Shown here: positions 32,301 through 44,328 of the stretch, in pieces
Layout: every line of letters starts with the position of its first letter
Numbering within the stretch: the stretch's first letter is position 1
Assembly: GCA_002269645.1 (NCBI GenBank)
Contig: NIVC01001659.1
Span: 190,455-254,454 of the forward strand
Direction: 5' to 3'
Source of the DNA: Macrostomum lignano
Taxonomy: Eukaryota
DNA length: 64,000 nucleotides
The notes under the pieces: generated by a model
Databases searched by the model: none
Seen by the model: only the letters and a program-made list of their open reading frames with translations
Told to the model about the DNA's origin: nothing
Made by a program: the position numbers and the translations under genes

Positions 32301-33503
32301 GCCGCGGTCGGAGCCCAGGGCTATGCTGACTGGCCAGGTTTCTCTGGGACTTTCCTGGCAGAGCGGGCCAGCTCTTATCCGGCGTACGAAGTATTGTTTT
32401 CAATTTTCTCAAGGCTCCACTGGCTCCAAGGCTCTTCCGTTTCGACGCTCGCGTAACTTGTTTATCAATGCTCAGCATCTTCCCCATCCGCCGTCTCTTC
32501 CTGGCCGCCTAGTCTTGGTTTTTCTCGGTTTTTTGCTGAGTTTTCTGCCGACTGCCGTGATATTCGGGCTAGTCGGGCACCCCGGCCGCTGTGCTCCCAT
32601 CGCTGCTCTCAGTTAATCAATTACTCATCCCGAATCGGTTCATCGCCTGTTACCGGAGGAATTTTGTTTCGTAAGCACCGGTTTTTGTGTCGTCCGGCTT
32701 GACAAGCCTTGCTGTCCCTACTGTACATGTAGCTGTACCAAATGCTATCGCAGCGTTATGACTTCACCATACTTAAACCAGAGCTGTAATGCTTACTTAC
32801 TTAATTAATGAAGCACAATAAAATATTTTTCCTGCTCTATAATTGCTCTTATTGTTCGCTAAATCGTTTCGCCCTCAAAGTAAGCCCTAAGCATTTGAGC
32901 TTGTTCTGCGTTAGCTCTGTCTTTTGGTTAATCAGGTTGTCCTTGTGATGAGCCTTCAGCCAATCAGGAGGCCGCTTGAGTTAAGCTTGGCGGGTCAGTG
33001 GTAACGGGGGGCTAATACGCTTGTATTGTGCAAGGGAGCGGCGAATAGCAACAGAAGTGAGCGCTGCTTCTCGCCAAGCGTTGGAATCGATTCGAGAGGG
33101 CCCCTCCAAAAGCCAAAGATAGATAAAACGGTTCAGGTTTGCAATAATACGCTCTCTGTTCTCTCGATGGAATCAGACTTGAGCAGAAGTAACCCGCACT
33201 GAAATTTAGCTGTCCTGCACTCTGCACCTCGCCAGACAGAAGCAACACTGGGGGCGCAGTTTGCCGAAACAACAGAAATCAAAGCCTTCAAGATTGGATA
33301 ATTGGCTTACGAGGACGCAGGAACACTAAATACGAGACCATGCCTTCTTTAGGCGTTTAAAATGGTCTTTAATGCATTGGGCAGATTTTGAAATCGGTAG
33401 ATGAATCATAAAGTTTTTTGCGTCCTAGGAGTCCGCTAGCTCGGACTGGCGCGCGCTTCATCAGTTATTTGCTGCAAATCGATCAGGCGTTTTTGATGGC
33501 GGC

Positions 33504-36414
33504 CTAAAAACTCGTCTGCTCCAGCTTTGGCCGGGCGGCTGGCCTGGGCGACCCTTCTTTGATCTTGCCGCCGGTCTCTCCTTTGGCGCCGCCGGTCTCT
33601 TTTTTGGCGCCTCCGGTCTCTCCTTTGGCGCCGCCGGTCTCTTCTTTGGCAAAGTCTTTGGTGCCGCCGGTCTCTCCTTTGGTGCCGCCGGTCTCTCCTT
33701 TGGCGCCGCCGGTCTCTCCTTTGGCGCCGCCGGTCTCTGTTTTGGCGCCGCCGGTCTCTTTTTTGGCGCCTCCGGTCTCTTCTTTGGCGCCGCCGGTCTC
33801 TTTTTTGGCGCCGCCGGTCTCTCCTTTGGCGCCGCCGGTCTCTGTTTTGGCGCCGCCGGTCTCTTTTTTGGCGCCTCCGGTCTCTTCTTTGGCGCCGCCG
33901 GTCTCTTTTTTGGCGCCGCCGGTCTCTCCTTTGGCGCCGCCGGTCTCTTTTTTGGCGCCTCCGGTCTCTCCTTTGGCGCCGCCGGTCTCTTTTTTGGCGC
34001 CGCCGGTCTCTCCTTTGGCGCCTCCGGTCTCTCCTTTGGCGCCTCCGGTCTCTTCTTTGGTGCCGCCGGTCTCTTCTTTGGTGCCGCCGGTCTCTCCTTT
34101 GGCGCCGCCGGTCTCTTTTTTGGCGCCGCCGGTCTCTTTTTTGGCGCCTCCGGTCTCTTCTTTGGCGCCGCCGGTCTCTTTTTTGGCGCCGCCGGTCTCT
34201 CCTTTGGCGCCGCCGGTCTCTGTTTTGGCGCCGCCGGTCTCTTTTTTGGCGCCTCCGGTCTCTTCTTTGGCGCCGCCGGTCTCTTTTTTGGCGCCGCCGG
34301 TCTCTCCTTTGGCGCCGCCGGTCTCTTTTTTGGCGCCTCCGGTCTCTTCTTTGGCGCCGCCGGTCTCTTCTTTGGCAAAGTCTTTGGTGCCGCCGGTCTC
34401 TCCTTTGGTGCCGCCGGTCTCTCCTTTGGCGCCGCCGGTCTCTCCTTTGGCGCCGCCGGTCTCTGTTTTGGCGCCGCCGGTCTCTTTTTTGGCGCCTCCG
34501 GTCTCTTCTTTGGCGCCGCCGGTCTCTTTTTTGGCGCCGCCGGTCTCTCCTTTGGCGCCGCCGGTCTCTGTTTTGGCGCCGCCGGTCTCTTTTTTGGCGC
34601 CTCCGGTCTCTTCTTTGGCGCCGCCGGTCTCTTTTTTGGCGCCGCCGGTCTCTCCTTTGGCGCCGCCGGTCTCTTTTTTGGCGCCTCCGGTCTCTCCTTT
34701 GGCGCCGCCGGTCTCTTTTTTGGCGCCGCCGGTCTCTCCTTTGGCGCCTCCGGTCTCTCCTTTGGCGCCTCCGGTCTCTTCTTTGGTGCCGCCGGTCTCT
34801 TCTTTGGTGCCGCCGGTCTCTCCTTTGGCGCCGCCGGTCTCTTTTTTGGCGCCGCCGGTCTCTTTTTTGGCGCCGCCGGTCTCTCCTTTGGCGCCTCCGG
34901 TCTCTTCTTTGGTGCCGCCGGTCTCTCCTTTGGCGCCACCAGCCTTTCTTTTAGCGCCACCAGCCTCTTCTTTAATGCCGCCGGTCTCTCCTTTAGCGCC
35001 GCCGGTCTCTCCTTTGGCGCCGCCGGTTTCTTCTTTGCCGCCTTCATCGCTCCCAGAGTCTGTATCAGCGTCGCCAGCTGCCGGAGGCTCGGCGGCAGGT
35101 GGCTCGGTAGTCGCCGCTCGCGCGGTCATGCGGAAGAGCTCCCGGCTGGTGACGTGCTCGCGGCCTCCGATGCAGCAGCCGTCGCTGTCCTCCGCCAACA
35201 CGAAGGCCCGGCAACGGTAGCAGTACTCAAACTCGTCGCTGTAGTTGTCGGGCTCCAGGGAGGGCAGCGGTCGTCCTCGGTTATAGTCGGTCGGGATCCG
35301 CCATCGACTCTGCGGCGGCTGCTGCGGCTGGCAGCACCTGCGCAGGCAGCAGCAAGCGGAATAGTAGCTGAGCAGCGCCGTCAGAATGGTTGCCACGGCA
35401 AACATTACTAGATAGTCGCCGGGAAAGTACTTCCAGTGGGCCATGCCTTGAGCTGCTTGCCGGTCCGCGAGGAGGCGCTCAGGCACCACCTGACTTAAGC
35501 TGGTGAGGAGGATGTGGAGCCGCGCCAGCGAATCGAGTTGAGGCAGCTCCGGGACGGAGTCGATGGACAACAGGCTGAGCTGCTGCTGATTGACGGCTAT
35601 TGGCTTGAAGTTTGACTGGCAGTCAACGCCTTATCCCACTCGGCCTCTGTCTCACTCTCTGTCTTTGTCTCACTCTCCCTGCCTCAGTCACTGTGTCTCA
35701 CTCTCCCTGCCTCAGTCTCTGTGTCTCACTCTCCCTGCCTCAGTCTCTGTGTCTCACTCTCCCTGCCTCAGTCTCTGTGTCTCACTCTCCCTGCCTCAGT
35801 CTCTGTGTCTCACTCTCCCTGCCTCAGTCTCTGTCTCACTCTCCCTGCCTCAGTCTCTGTCTCACTCTCCCTGCCTCAGTCTCTGTCTCACTCTCCCTGC
35901 CTCAGTCTCTGTGTCTCACTCTCCCTGCCTCAGTCTCTGTGTCTCACTCTCCCTGCCTCAGTCTCTGTGTCTCACTCTCCCTGCCTCAGTCTCTGTCTCA
36001 CTCTCCCTGCCTCAGTCTCTGTCTCACTCTCCCTGCCTCAGTCTCTGTCTCACTCTCCCTGCCTCAGTCTCTGTGTCTCACTCTCCCTGCCTCAGTCTCT
36101 GTGTCTCACTCTCCCTGCCTCAGTCTCTGTGTCTCACTCTCTCTACCTTTCTCTCCATTCTACTCTCCCTGTCTCACCCTCTCGCACCCAGACCAGATCT
36201 TTTCATAGGAGTTTTCATTAATACTTACGGACTGTCGTTAAGATATTTTTTAATTAGTCTATTTAGCAAACTTGAATTTGTAAAGTAGAAAAATTAGAAA
36301 TCGTTAGTTTATAATTACGATTTACCGTTAAGATTTTTGTTATAACGAGAGCATGTGTTAAAAAGTGAGGACTCTTTATTTTAACGCTTCATAGGAATTT
36401 TGTCTTACGACCAT
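33504..36414 (-). CDS. Hypothetical single-pass membrane protein with ~70 ETGGAK(G/K/E/T) heptad repeats; probable exons 36414-36409 and ~35585-33504
   Basis: The unique GC3-rich N-terminal ORF (TM segment YLVMFAVATILTALLSYYS followed by ACCCLRRCC) runs in frame into the 21-bp repeat with no donor at the junction. An upstream ATG GTC|GTAAGA (36414-36409) is phase-0 compatible with the CAG acceptors at 35580-35588. The start exon is inferred. Confidence 0.6.
33559..35040. repeat. Coding 21-bp tandem repeat with a 726-bp higher-order duplication
   Basis: Unit ggcgccgccggtctc(t/c)n(c/t)ttt. The unique interruption aaagtc recurs at 33651 and 34377. Confidence 0.95.
35645..36145. repeat. 26/28-bp pyrimidine-rich minisatellite (intron of the heptad-repeat gene)
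   Basis: ctcactctccctgcctcagtctctgt(gt) units. Confidence 0.95.
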
Positions 36415-37050
36415 TCCATCACAGCCAACTGCATGCGCAGGTATCCTCCAGGATTCGAACAACCGACGTGTTCAGCCCGCACGCCTGAGATCAGCTTACA
36501 GCACTGAGGAAGGCGTCCCTGTCTGACACTGCATTTGTCTTGCCCTTGTGGCGTGTACGAGTGACTGTCTAACCCTGTCTGACCCTTCCTGTCCTGTCCT
36601 GTCAGTCGTGTCCTGTCCTATCTGTCCTGTCAGTCGTGTTCTGCTCTGTCTTTTCCTTTCTTTCCTTTCACTTCCACCAGCATCTCCCGCTTTCTGCACC
36701 TGGAATTTTCCCATATGTTTCCCTTCCAGTGGACCTCCGTTCCCCAGATCAGCCAGCCTGGTGTACAGGCCGGTCCGTGCCAACACGTGATGTTGCTACA
36801 GGTTGCTCTGCACGGAAGGGGCATCGATCTGCAGCAGCGGCCGCCCGACAGCGAACTGCATGGCGAGTCACAGGGGTCCAGAGAAATTCCCGACGCAGCC
36901 CCGCGCCGAGACGCACATTGGCACACAGGGCTGGCGGTTTTTGGGGCAGAGAGGGGCCGGGTAGGTTGGGAAGACTTCCAGCAGCATGCGTCATGCGCCA
37001 GGATAAAACTGGCAGGCCGCGGCCAACTCCCCCAGCGCAGCGCCCAAAGC

Positions 37051-39407
37051 ATGGCAGACCTCAGCGACACCGGCCTGCAGCGCTCCGTGGCCAGCCAGAC
37101 GGACTTCCAGGAGCCGGACGAGGCCACACTGCGCAACGAACTGGCCATGGCCGCCTACCTGGAGATTCTCAGCGTCCTTGACGACGAGCGGCAGCCGGTC
37201 TATCACGACCTGGGCGAGGCCTACGCCAATAAAGTCCTCCTGCTGGCCGCGGCGGACGAGGAGGACCGCCAGACGGAGGCAGCGGATGAAGCCGGGGATG
37301 CGGCGCTTGCGGCGGAAGCCGAGAGTCAAACGCCTCAGCCGCAGCAGCCTCCGGAGCTGCAGAGGCTGGAGAGCCTCGAATCGCAGGTGAGCGGCTGCAG
37401 CCAACAACCATGGGCAACCATGGACGGCTAAGAATGGACGCCCACTGGCAATTAAAATCACCTTCCGAATTTCAAATAGAGCAAGCATGCGTTTCGTTTG
37501 AGCTGTGCACTCAAATTATCAAGCTACATGTATATTCGCTTGAAATGCTACTGAAGACCACGGTATTGGCGGATCCAAGGGGGTCAAGGGAGTCCTTTGA
37601 CCTCCCCCTCCCGATAGTATAGTTATAGTATAGCCCTTAGTATAGTTATTACATTGCTCAAATGCATCTCAAACTCGGAGCTTGAACTCACTGGCGGATC
37701 CAGGGGTAGGGGTCAAGGGGATCGACTGACCCCAACCCCCGGGAAAAGGCTGGCATTGGAGACGGGGAAGCAAGCAGAGTTCCGCCGAAATTTCATGCAG
37801 TTGTTTCAATCATTCTGGTGCGGTCTTTCCGTTGGCGAAGAGCCATTCAGCGCTGTGCGGTTCAGCGAACCTTGCGAAATCCCCTTCAGAAAACGTAGCT
37901 GCATTTCCAGCGCAATTCCGAAGTCTAGTGCAGAAGGCGAGTCATGTGGAAAACTGAATTTTGCACAAATTTATAGCGGCAACTCTCTTCTTTATTTTAA
38001 CTTTAACATCATTAAAAACAGACAATGTAAACAAAAGTTATGAACTAAAATGTAGCAGGACCTCGACCAGACTTACAGTAATTCGACAAGTTAGCGGAAA
38101 GTAGCGAAAGTACTTTTGATTGAATGCACTCAGACTTCTTTGTTAGGCTGCTGTGACAAAGAGATATCTACATGTATGTAAACACTTGGAGAAGCATATA
38201 GCTTTTAAAGCAACAGAATATTTTAAACTGGGCTTCAGCTTTATTGCTGTTTGTTCCCTCTTTTCTGCGCTAAAATTCCTCGATGTGCATTCAAGTGTTG
38301 CTCAGAGGAGTGTGATATACACCCTTTGGGGGACGGGGGACAGTTGAGCCGAGATTCATGCTCAACTTCATCGGCTCATGGGTCTTAGCAGTCATTTACC
38401 GGAGTCATTTTGCAGCATTCACTGCGGCCAGTTACCCATTTGTCAGCTACCACTTCGAATTTTTGTTAACTTGCCTACTTACTGTAAGTCTATTCTCAAG
38501 GTCCTGCTACATTTTAGTTTATTATAACTTTTGTTTCCATTGTCTGTTTTTAATGATGTTAAAGTTAAAATAAAGAAGAGAGTTGCCGCTATAAATCTGT
38601 GCAAAATGATGTTATTTGGATCAGCAGAACAAGAGATAATGAAAATTAACACTACTTTTTGGACTGCCCTCGTACATGGCATCCAGTAAAATCTGCACAT
38701 TTTACGAGGGATCTGCGAATCGTTCCTTTCTTAAAGCGACTTTGAAGGCTGCCTTGTTGACGAAGAAAGCTTTACAAAACCCGGTGAAGCAATGCAACTC
38801 GCTCTGCTTTTTATTCAGATATGTTGCTATTTGTGTGCCGAAAATTTCCCATCTCTGCAGTGTATTTTTGCACAAAGCTGGCCTTCACAGATTTTCTAAG
38901 AAACTTCACTGCCCCGTCCTACTCCAGTCGTCCTGATTTTATATTCAATGAATTTAGCTGACGCTGTGGCCCCCTCGGCAGGTGATCGAGTCCGAGTGGT
39001 CGCTGCGCTGCAAGCTCGCACAGGTGCGCGAGTCCACCAAGCACCCCGTGCAGCGCTGGCTGGAGGGCGCCACCGCCTCCCAGGCCGCCAGCCCGTTCGC
39101 CTCGCTAGCCCCGTCGATCCGGTCCGGCCAGCAGCCGCACCAGCCGCACCAGCGCCACCCGTCCACCAGCTGCGGCAGCCGGCCCAGCTCCGTGGCCGGC
39201 CTGTCCGAGGTCTTCGTCTCCGATTCGGAGGAGGACGATGAGGAAGGCAGCATCGGCCAGGAGGCTGCGGAGGGTGGCGCCGACAGCAAGTCGGAGATGA
39301 CCTTCTACAACTGCGCGGTGCACGGCGTTGAGGTGCCGGAGAGTTTCGTGCGCGTCAAGTTCAAGGGCGGCGGCGGCGCGGGCGAGGCCCCGGCGGCGGG
39401 GAAGTGA
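37051..39407 (+). CDS. Hypothetical acidic protein, 2 exons (37051-37386, 38982-39407), 253 aa; may start at ATG 36715
   Basis: Two GC3-rich ORF islands joined by a phase-0 intron (CAG|GTGAGC at 37387; ggcag|GTG at 38981). Contains an RSVASQTD motif. No family recognised. Confidence 0.65.
37563..37765. mobile_element. Two related MITE-end-like fragments (TGGCGGATCCA-GGGG..TCAAGGG) inside the intron
   Basis: ttggcggatccaagggggtcaaggg (~37566) and ctggcggatccaggggtaggggtcaagggg (~37692) are near-copies of each other. Confidence 0.4.
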
Positions 39408-40169
39408 CCGCAGTGACCGCACAGCAGTTTCAAACTAAAAGACCCAATGAGCGATGCGTTTTGCGCTCGTGCTTCTAGCAGTTGGTTGATGCATGCGAGG
39501 CGCATCGAAGTGCAGAGCCATCCATCGCACAGGGCTATGCCAGTAGAAGCTGCTGGCTCTGCAATCCGGTGAAATCAGGCAGGCCAATTCAGCTGTAGGC
39601 GGCTCACTGCACCGGTCTGGGCGGGGCCACCCGGGAGGGGCTGATGCTACCAGCAGAATGGGGTCCGTCAGTCCGGCTGTAAATACGGGTGTGGGTGGCG
39701 GTGGGTGGATAATGTGACCCACGCAGCGGCAGTGTTTATCCCAGACCATTAGAAGGATTCTTAGAAAACTTCTGACCGTCTACGTCTCCAACAGAAAACG
39801 TTTTTACACTGAACCTAGCAGTTGGAATCAAGAGTTAATTTTCTATTCCCTAAATATCTGAAGTCCCACAAACTGCTGAATTGGCGCTGCTTAAACAAAT
39901 AAACTATCGCTCGCTTATCTTGGCAATGTATTTCTTCAAATATACGTGAGCAATAAAGCTTTTTATCTTAGAAACAATGCAGCGCCCGTGTCAGGGCGGT
40001 CCTTGGCTTGGTGACGACCGAGTGAATAACAGCCAAGCATTCGTCAGGTCCTGGATGCCAAATCCTAGCATGAGAATTATAACCTGTTCCTGGCTATTCG
40101 AATAGAAGCCGATGCACATGTACGCCTTCCTGGATTCTATGGCTGACAAGGACCAGGTGCGATGAGCCT

Positions 40170-40428
40170 GAAGCGACTGGGATTCCCCTGCACCGGGGCT
40201 CAAGCGACTGGGATTCCCCTGCACAGGGCTCAAGCGACTGGGATTCTCCTGCACCGGGGCTCAAGCGACTGGGATTCCCCTGCACAGGGGCTCAAGCGAC
40301 TGGGATTCCCCTGCACAGGGGCTCAAGCGACTGGGATTCCCCTGCACCGGGGCTCAAGCGATTGGGATTCCCCTGCACGGGGGCTCAAGCGACTGGGATT
40401 CCCCTGCACGGGGGCTCAAGCGACTGGA
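40170..40428. repeat. 31-bp minisatellite (~8 units)
   Basis: gactgggattcccctgcaccggggctcaagc. Confidence 0.93.
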
Positions 40429-40894
40429 GCGCTGAAGTGGCTGAAATGACTTACTGTTTACAAAGTAACAGCTGGGAGCCGAACCTTTCTCAACAGAAAA
40501 TAATAAAGATACTCAGGCGAACCTCAATTGTAGCCCTGGATGGCTGGATTATCCATCATCGATAAAATCGTCAGTGTTAAAATTTATTTGCTTATTCCAA
40601 CGTGGTCTAGCTAAAGAGCAAATAATACTGTACAAATCAGTTCCGCTCGAGTACACATGGGTGAGTACATTAGTGCGGGCCAAACAAAAACATCATGCGT
40701 TACATGATCACAGCTACAATAGTAACTGTGGTTGAATAGGCTGACTGGTTGGTCAAGTGTGCATGTGTACATCTGTACCAACACCAGGTGAGCCGTCGGG
40801 GATTTTAAACCCCCTGATGATAGAGTAGTAACCACTCTCTCTCTCTCTCTCTCCATCGAGTGCGAGTCGAGGCTGGCGCATTAAGCTGGAGCCG

Positions 40895-41228
40895 CTGGCA
40901 CCAGCACCCACCCAAGCCCGTCATGGCACCAGCACCCACCCCAACCAGTCATGGCACCGGCACCCACCCCAGCCCGTCATGGCACCGGCACCCACCCTAG
41001 CCCGTCATGGCACCGGCACCCACCCCAGCCCGTCATGGCACCAGCACCCACCCCAACCCGTCATGGCACCAGCACCCACCCCAACCAGTCATGGCACCAG
41101 CACCCACCCCAACCCGTCATGGCACCGGCACCCACCCCAGCCCGTCATGGCACCGGCACCCACCCCAACCCGTCATGGCACCGGCACCCACCCCAACCCG
41201 TCATGGCACCAGCACCCACCCCAACCGG
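40895..41228. repeat. 28-bp minisatellite immediately 3' of the DNAJC28 stop codon
   Basis: gtcatggcacc(a/g)gcacccacccca(a/g)ccc. Confidence 0.93.
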
Positions 41229-41236
41229 TCAGCCAG

Positions 41237-42794
41237 TCAGCTCTCCTTCGAGCCCTTGAACAGAGCATCCCGCAGGTCGGCCCAAGCCTGCCGCAGGGTG
41301 CTCAGGGAGAACAGATCGGCAGTGCTGAAAGCGTCAAGTTCCAGCCGCTGCCGCTGCTGCTGGGGTCGCACAGGCGGCCGCCAGCTGTGAGCCAGCGAGT
41401 TGTCCTGGGCGATTGGCCGGGCCAGACTGTCCAGCCGGTAGTGGCAGCGCTGCTGCTGCAGGGTGGGCACCGTCAGATTGAGCTGGTCCACCTGCTGGTT
41501 GAGCTCGGACACTGTCGCGGCGCAGTCGGCCAGCGCTCGCTCCCAGGCGGCCGAGTCCGCCTCGCTGAACGGCCAGCGGCCGAGGCGACTGCGGGCATCG
41601 GTCAGCCGGTTGCGGATCTCGGCGGCGCCGGCGCGGACAGCCTTGTCCAGCAGCAGCCAGTCGGGCTCGTAGCCGTTGCTGGCCAGGATGGAGTTGAGCT
41701 TGTGCGTCATCGAGTCCGCGAACGGGTCCGCGTTGCCCCCAGCTGTGCGGTCCGGCAGCGGCTTGCCGAAGTACCGGCAGCTCTGCAGCTCGCCGCGGCT
41801 CAGCGAGTCCTGCGCGGGGGCGGTGGAGGAGGCGTCGGGTACCGCTTCCGCGCTTGGACTCCCGCTCCCTGCTAGCCTTCAGCGGGCTGCCTCTCCTAGC
41901 CTTCAGCGTGCTGCCTCTCCTAGCCTTCAGCGGGCTGCCTCTCCTAGCCTTCAGCGGGCTGCCTCTCCTAGCCTTCAGCGGGCTGCCTCTGCTAGCCTTC
42001 AGCGGGCTGCCTCTCCTAGCCTTCAACGGTCTGCCAGACGCTCTTACAGGGATATTTCTCTTCCTAGAAACCAGCTGGCTTGGATTTCAAAGCACTTCGG
42101 GCCGCACCTGAATGAGATCCTCCACCAGCCTGTCAATCAGCGAGTGCGTCCGGAAATTCTTCGCCGACCGGCGCTCCGAGCTCTTCAATGACGGCGCCGC
42201 GGTGGCCACGGCAGTGCCGGAAGCGGCGGCCGCCTCCTGCTGCAGGCGGGCGATGCGGAACTCGCGGACATTCTCGACGGCCCGGTGCACCCGCCACTGC
42301 TCCCGCTGCCGCTGCCGCTCCGACGGCGTCCCGGAGCCGATGCCGTCGAACTCCAAGTACTGCCGGTGCTGCGGCGCCGTGTGTCGAATGTCGAACCGGC
42401 CCAGCGCCTCCTCCGTGGCCGCCTCAACTGAGAACTCCTCCGTCAAGCCGCCGCTGCCGCTCTGCCGGCGGTGCCGAGCGGCCAGTGCGTAGGCGTCCTG
42501 CGCCTCGATGAACTTGGCGGTGCTTCCGCCGTCGCCGGCCGCGTCCGGGTGGTGCAGCTTGGCCAGCCGGACGAAGGCGGCCTTCAGCTCGGCGTCGGTA
42601 GCATCGGCGGCCACGCCCAGGGCGGCGTAGGCGCGGGCCAGCCTGGCCGACGGGTCACCGGCAGCGGCGCCGCTGCTCGAGCACCGCCATCTGGAGGCCG
42701 AGGCCGCGGTCAGCAGAAGCGGCGTCCGGTGCACCGGCGACTGGATGGACGATCGGCAGAGGTTCGCCAAGATGTCCGAGCGCCGGTGCGCCAG
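41237..42794 (-). CDS. DNAJC28: DnaJ homolog subfamily C member 28-like; exons 42794-42108 and 41809-41237; start codon not located in these exons
   Basis: J domain with HPD (LAKLHHPD), RHTAPQHRQYLEFDGIGSGTPSERQRQ, IDRLVEDLIQ|DSLSRGE..GKPL, DSMTHKLNSILASNGYEPDWL. Phase-0 GT-AG intron at 42107-41810. Confidence 0.9.
41868..42026. repeat. 24-bp minisatellite in the DNAJC28 intron
   Basis: ctagccttcagcgggctgcctctc units. Confidence 0.92.
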
Positions 42795-42829
42795 CTGAAA
42801 GAGATGGATTAGATTGTTAGATTAGATTA

Positions 42830-43730
42830 GATTTGGGAATGGTAGGATGAGATCGAAGGCTAGTAGGGTGGGATCAAAAGCTAGTAGGGTGAGATCTAAA
42901 GCTTTTAGAGTGAGATTTAAAGCTTGTAGGGTGATATTTAAAGTTGGTAGGGTGAGATCTAAGGCTGGTAGGGTGAGATTTAAAGTTGGTAGGGTGAGAT
43001 CTAAGACTTTTAGGTTGAGATATAAGGTTGCTAGGGTGAGATCTAAGGCTGCTAGGGTGAGATCAAAGACTGGTAGGATGAGCTCTAAGGCTGGTAGGGT
43101 GAGATCTAAGGCTGCTAGGGTGAGATCAAGGAGTGGTAGGGTGAGATCTAAAGCTGGTAGGTTGAGATATAAAGCTGGTAGGGTGAGATCTACCGGTAAA
43201 GCTGGTAGGGTGAGATCTAAGACTTTTATGGAGAGATCTAAGGCTGGTAGGATGGTCTCTAAGGCTGATGGGGTGAGATCAAGGAGTGGTAGGGTGAGAT
43301 CAAGGCTGGTAGGGTGAGATCTAAGGCTGCTAGGGTGAGATCAAGGAGTGGTAGGGTGAGATCTAAAGCTAGTAGGGTGAGATCAAGGCTGGTAGGGTGA
43401 GATCTACCGGTAAAGCTGGTAGGGTGAGATCTAAGATTTTTATGGTGAGATCTAAGGCTGGTAGGATGGTCTCTAAGGCTGATGGGGTGAGATCAAGGAG
43501 TGGTAGGGTGAGATCAAGGCTGGTAGGGTGAGATCTAAGGCTGCTAGGGTGAGATCAAGGAGTGGTAGGGTGAGATCTAAAGCTAGTAGGGTGAGATCAA
43601 GGCTGGTAGGGTGAGATCTACCGGTAAAGCTGGTAGGGTGAGATCTAAGATTTTTATGGTGAGATCTAAGGCTGGTAGGATGGTCTCTAAGGCTGATGGG
43701 GTGAGATCTAAGGCTGGTAGGGTGAGATAA
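42830..43730. repeat. ~21-bp minisatellite upstream of the DNAJC28 acceptor (intron or outron)
   Basis: ggtagggtgagatctaaggct units with higher-order recurrence. Confidence 0.93.
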
Positions 43731-44328
43731 ATGAAGCATTATAAGTGCATGAGAGCCTGAATAAGAAATCAGGTATCTAATTTGAAGGAACGGCAGAATC
43801 AAATGCAGTGGCTGGGCACTCGGGGCCCGGCCGATTCAAAGTCAATCTGGTTGCAACAAAAATTAAAAGAATTTGTTCAGCCAAATACAAAGACAATTAG
43901 TAATGAAAAAAAGCGCATTTACAATCAAAGTCAAAGTTGACAGTAGATGAATAAATCAGCGAAGGACAGCGATAAATTGAATAGTTTACCTATAGCCACA
44001 GCAAATTCCTGGACATCCGTAGTGCTGGATCATGAGTGAAAGGTCCAATGGATTTCATGCTTGCCTGACATTCTCTGCATTTAGATTTGGACCCCATGCG
44101 GTTCGGTGGAATTATTATGATTCTGACTAGAAACACGCGCTACTCGCGCATGCCTCGGGTTCGTGAGCACAGAAGTTCGGCGAGTTCAATCTGCATTTAT
44201 TAAAATTGGGCCTTCTAGTTTTTAACATTTCCCAAATTTTGAAGTGCGCACTTCATGCGTGAACATGTTCAGCCGCACCGTTCTCCTGCTACTCAGCGGT
44301 CCTTGGTTCGTATCTGTCAGAATGCAGC

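Noticed and set aside
40000-40160. Exon-like GC-balanced segment ending in CAG|GTGCGA just before a minisatellite
   Set aside because: No frame stays open from a plausible acceptor on the plus strand and no protein similarity is recognisable. It may be a UTR exon or a decayed fragment.
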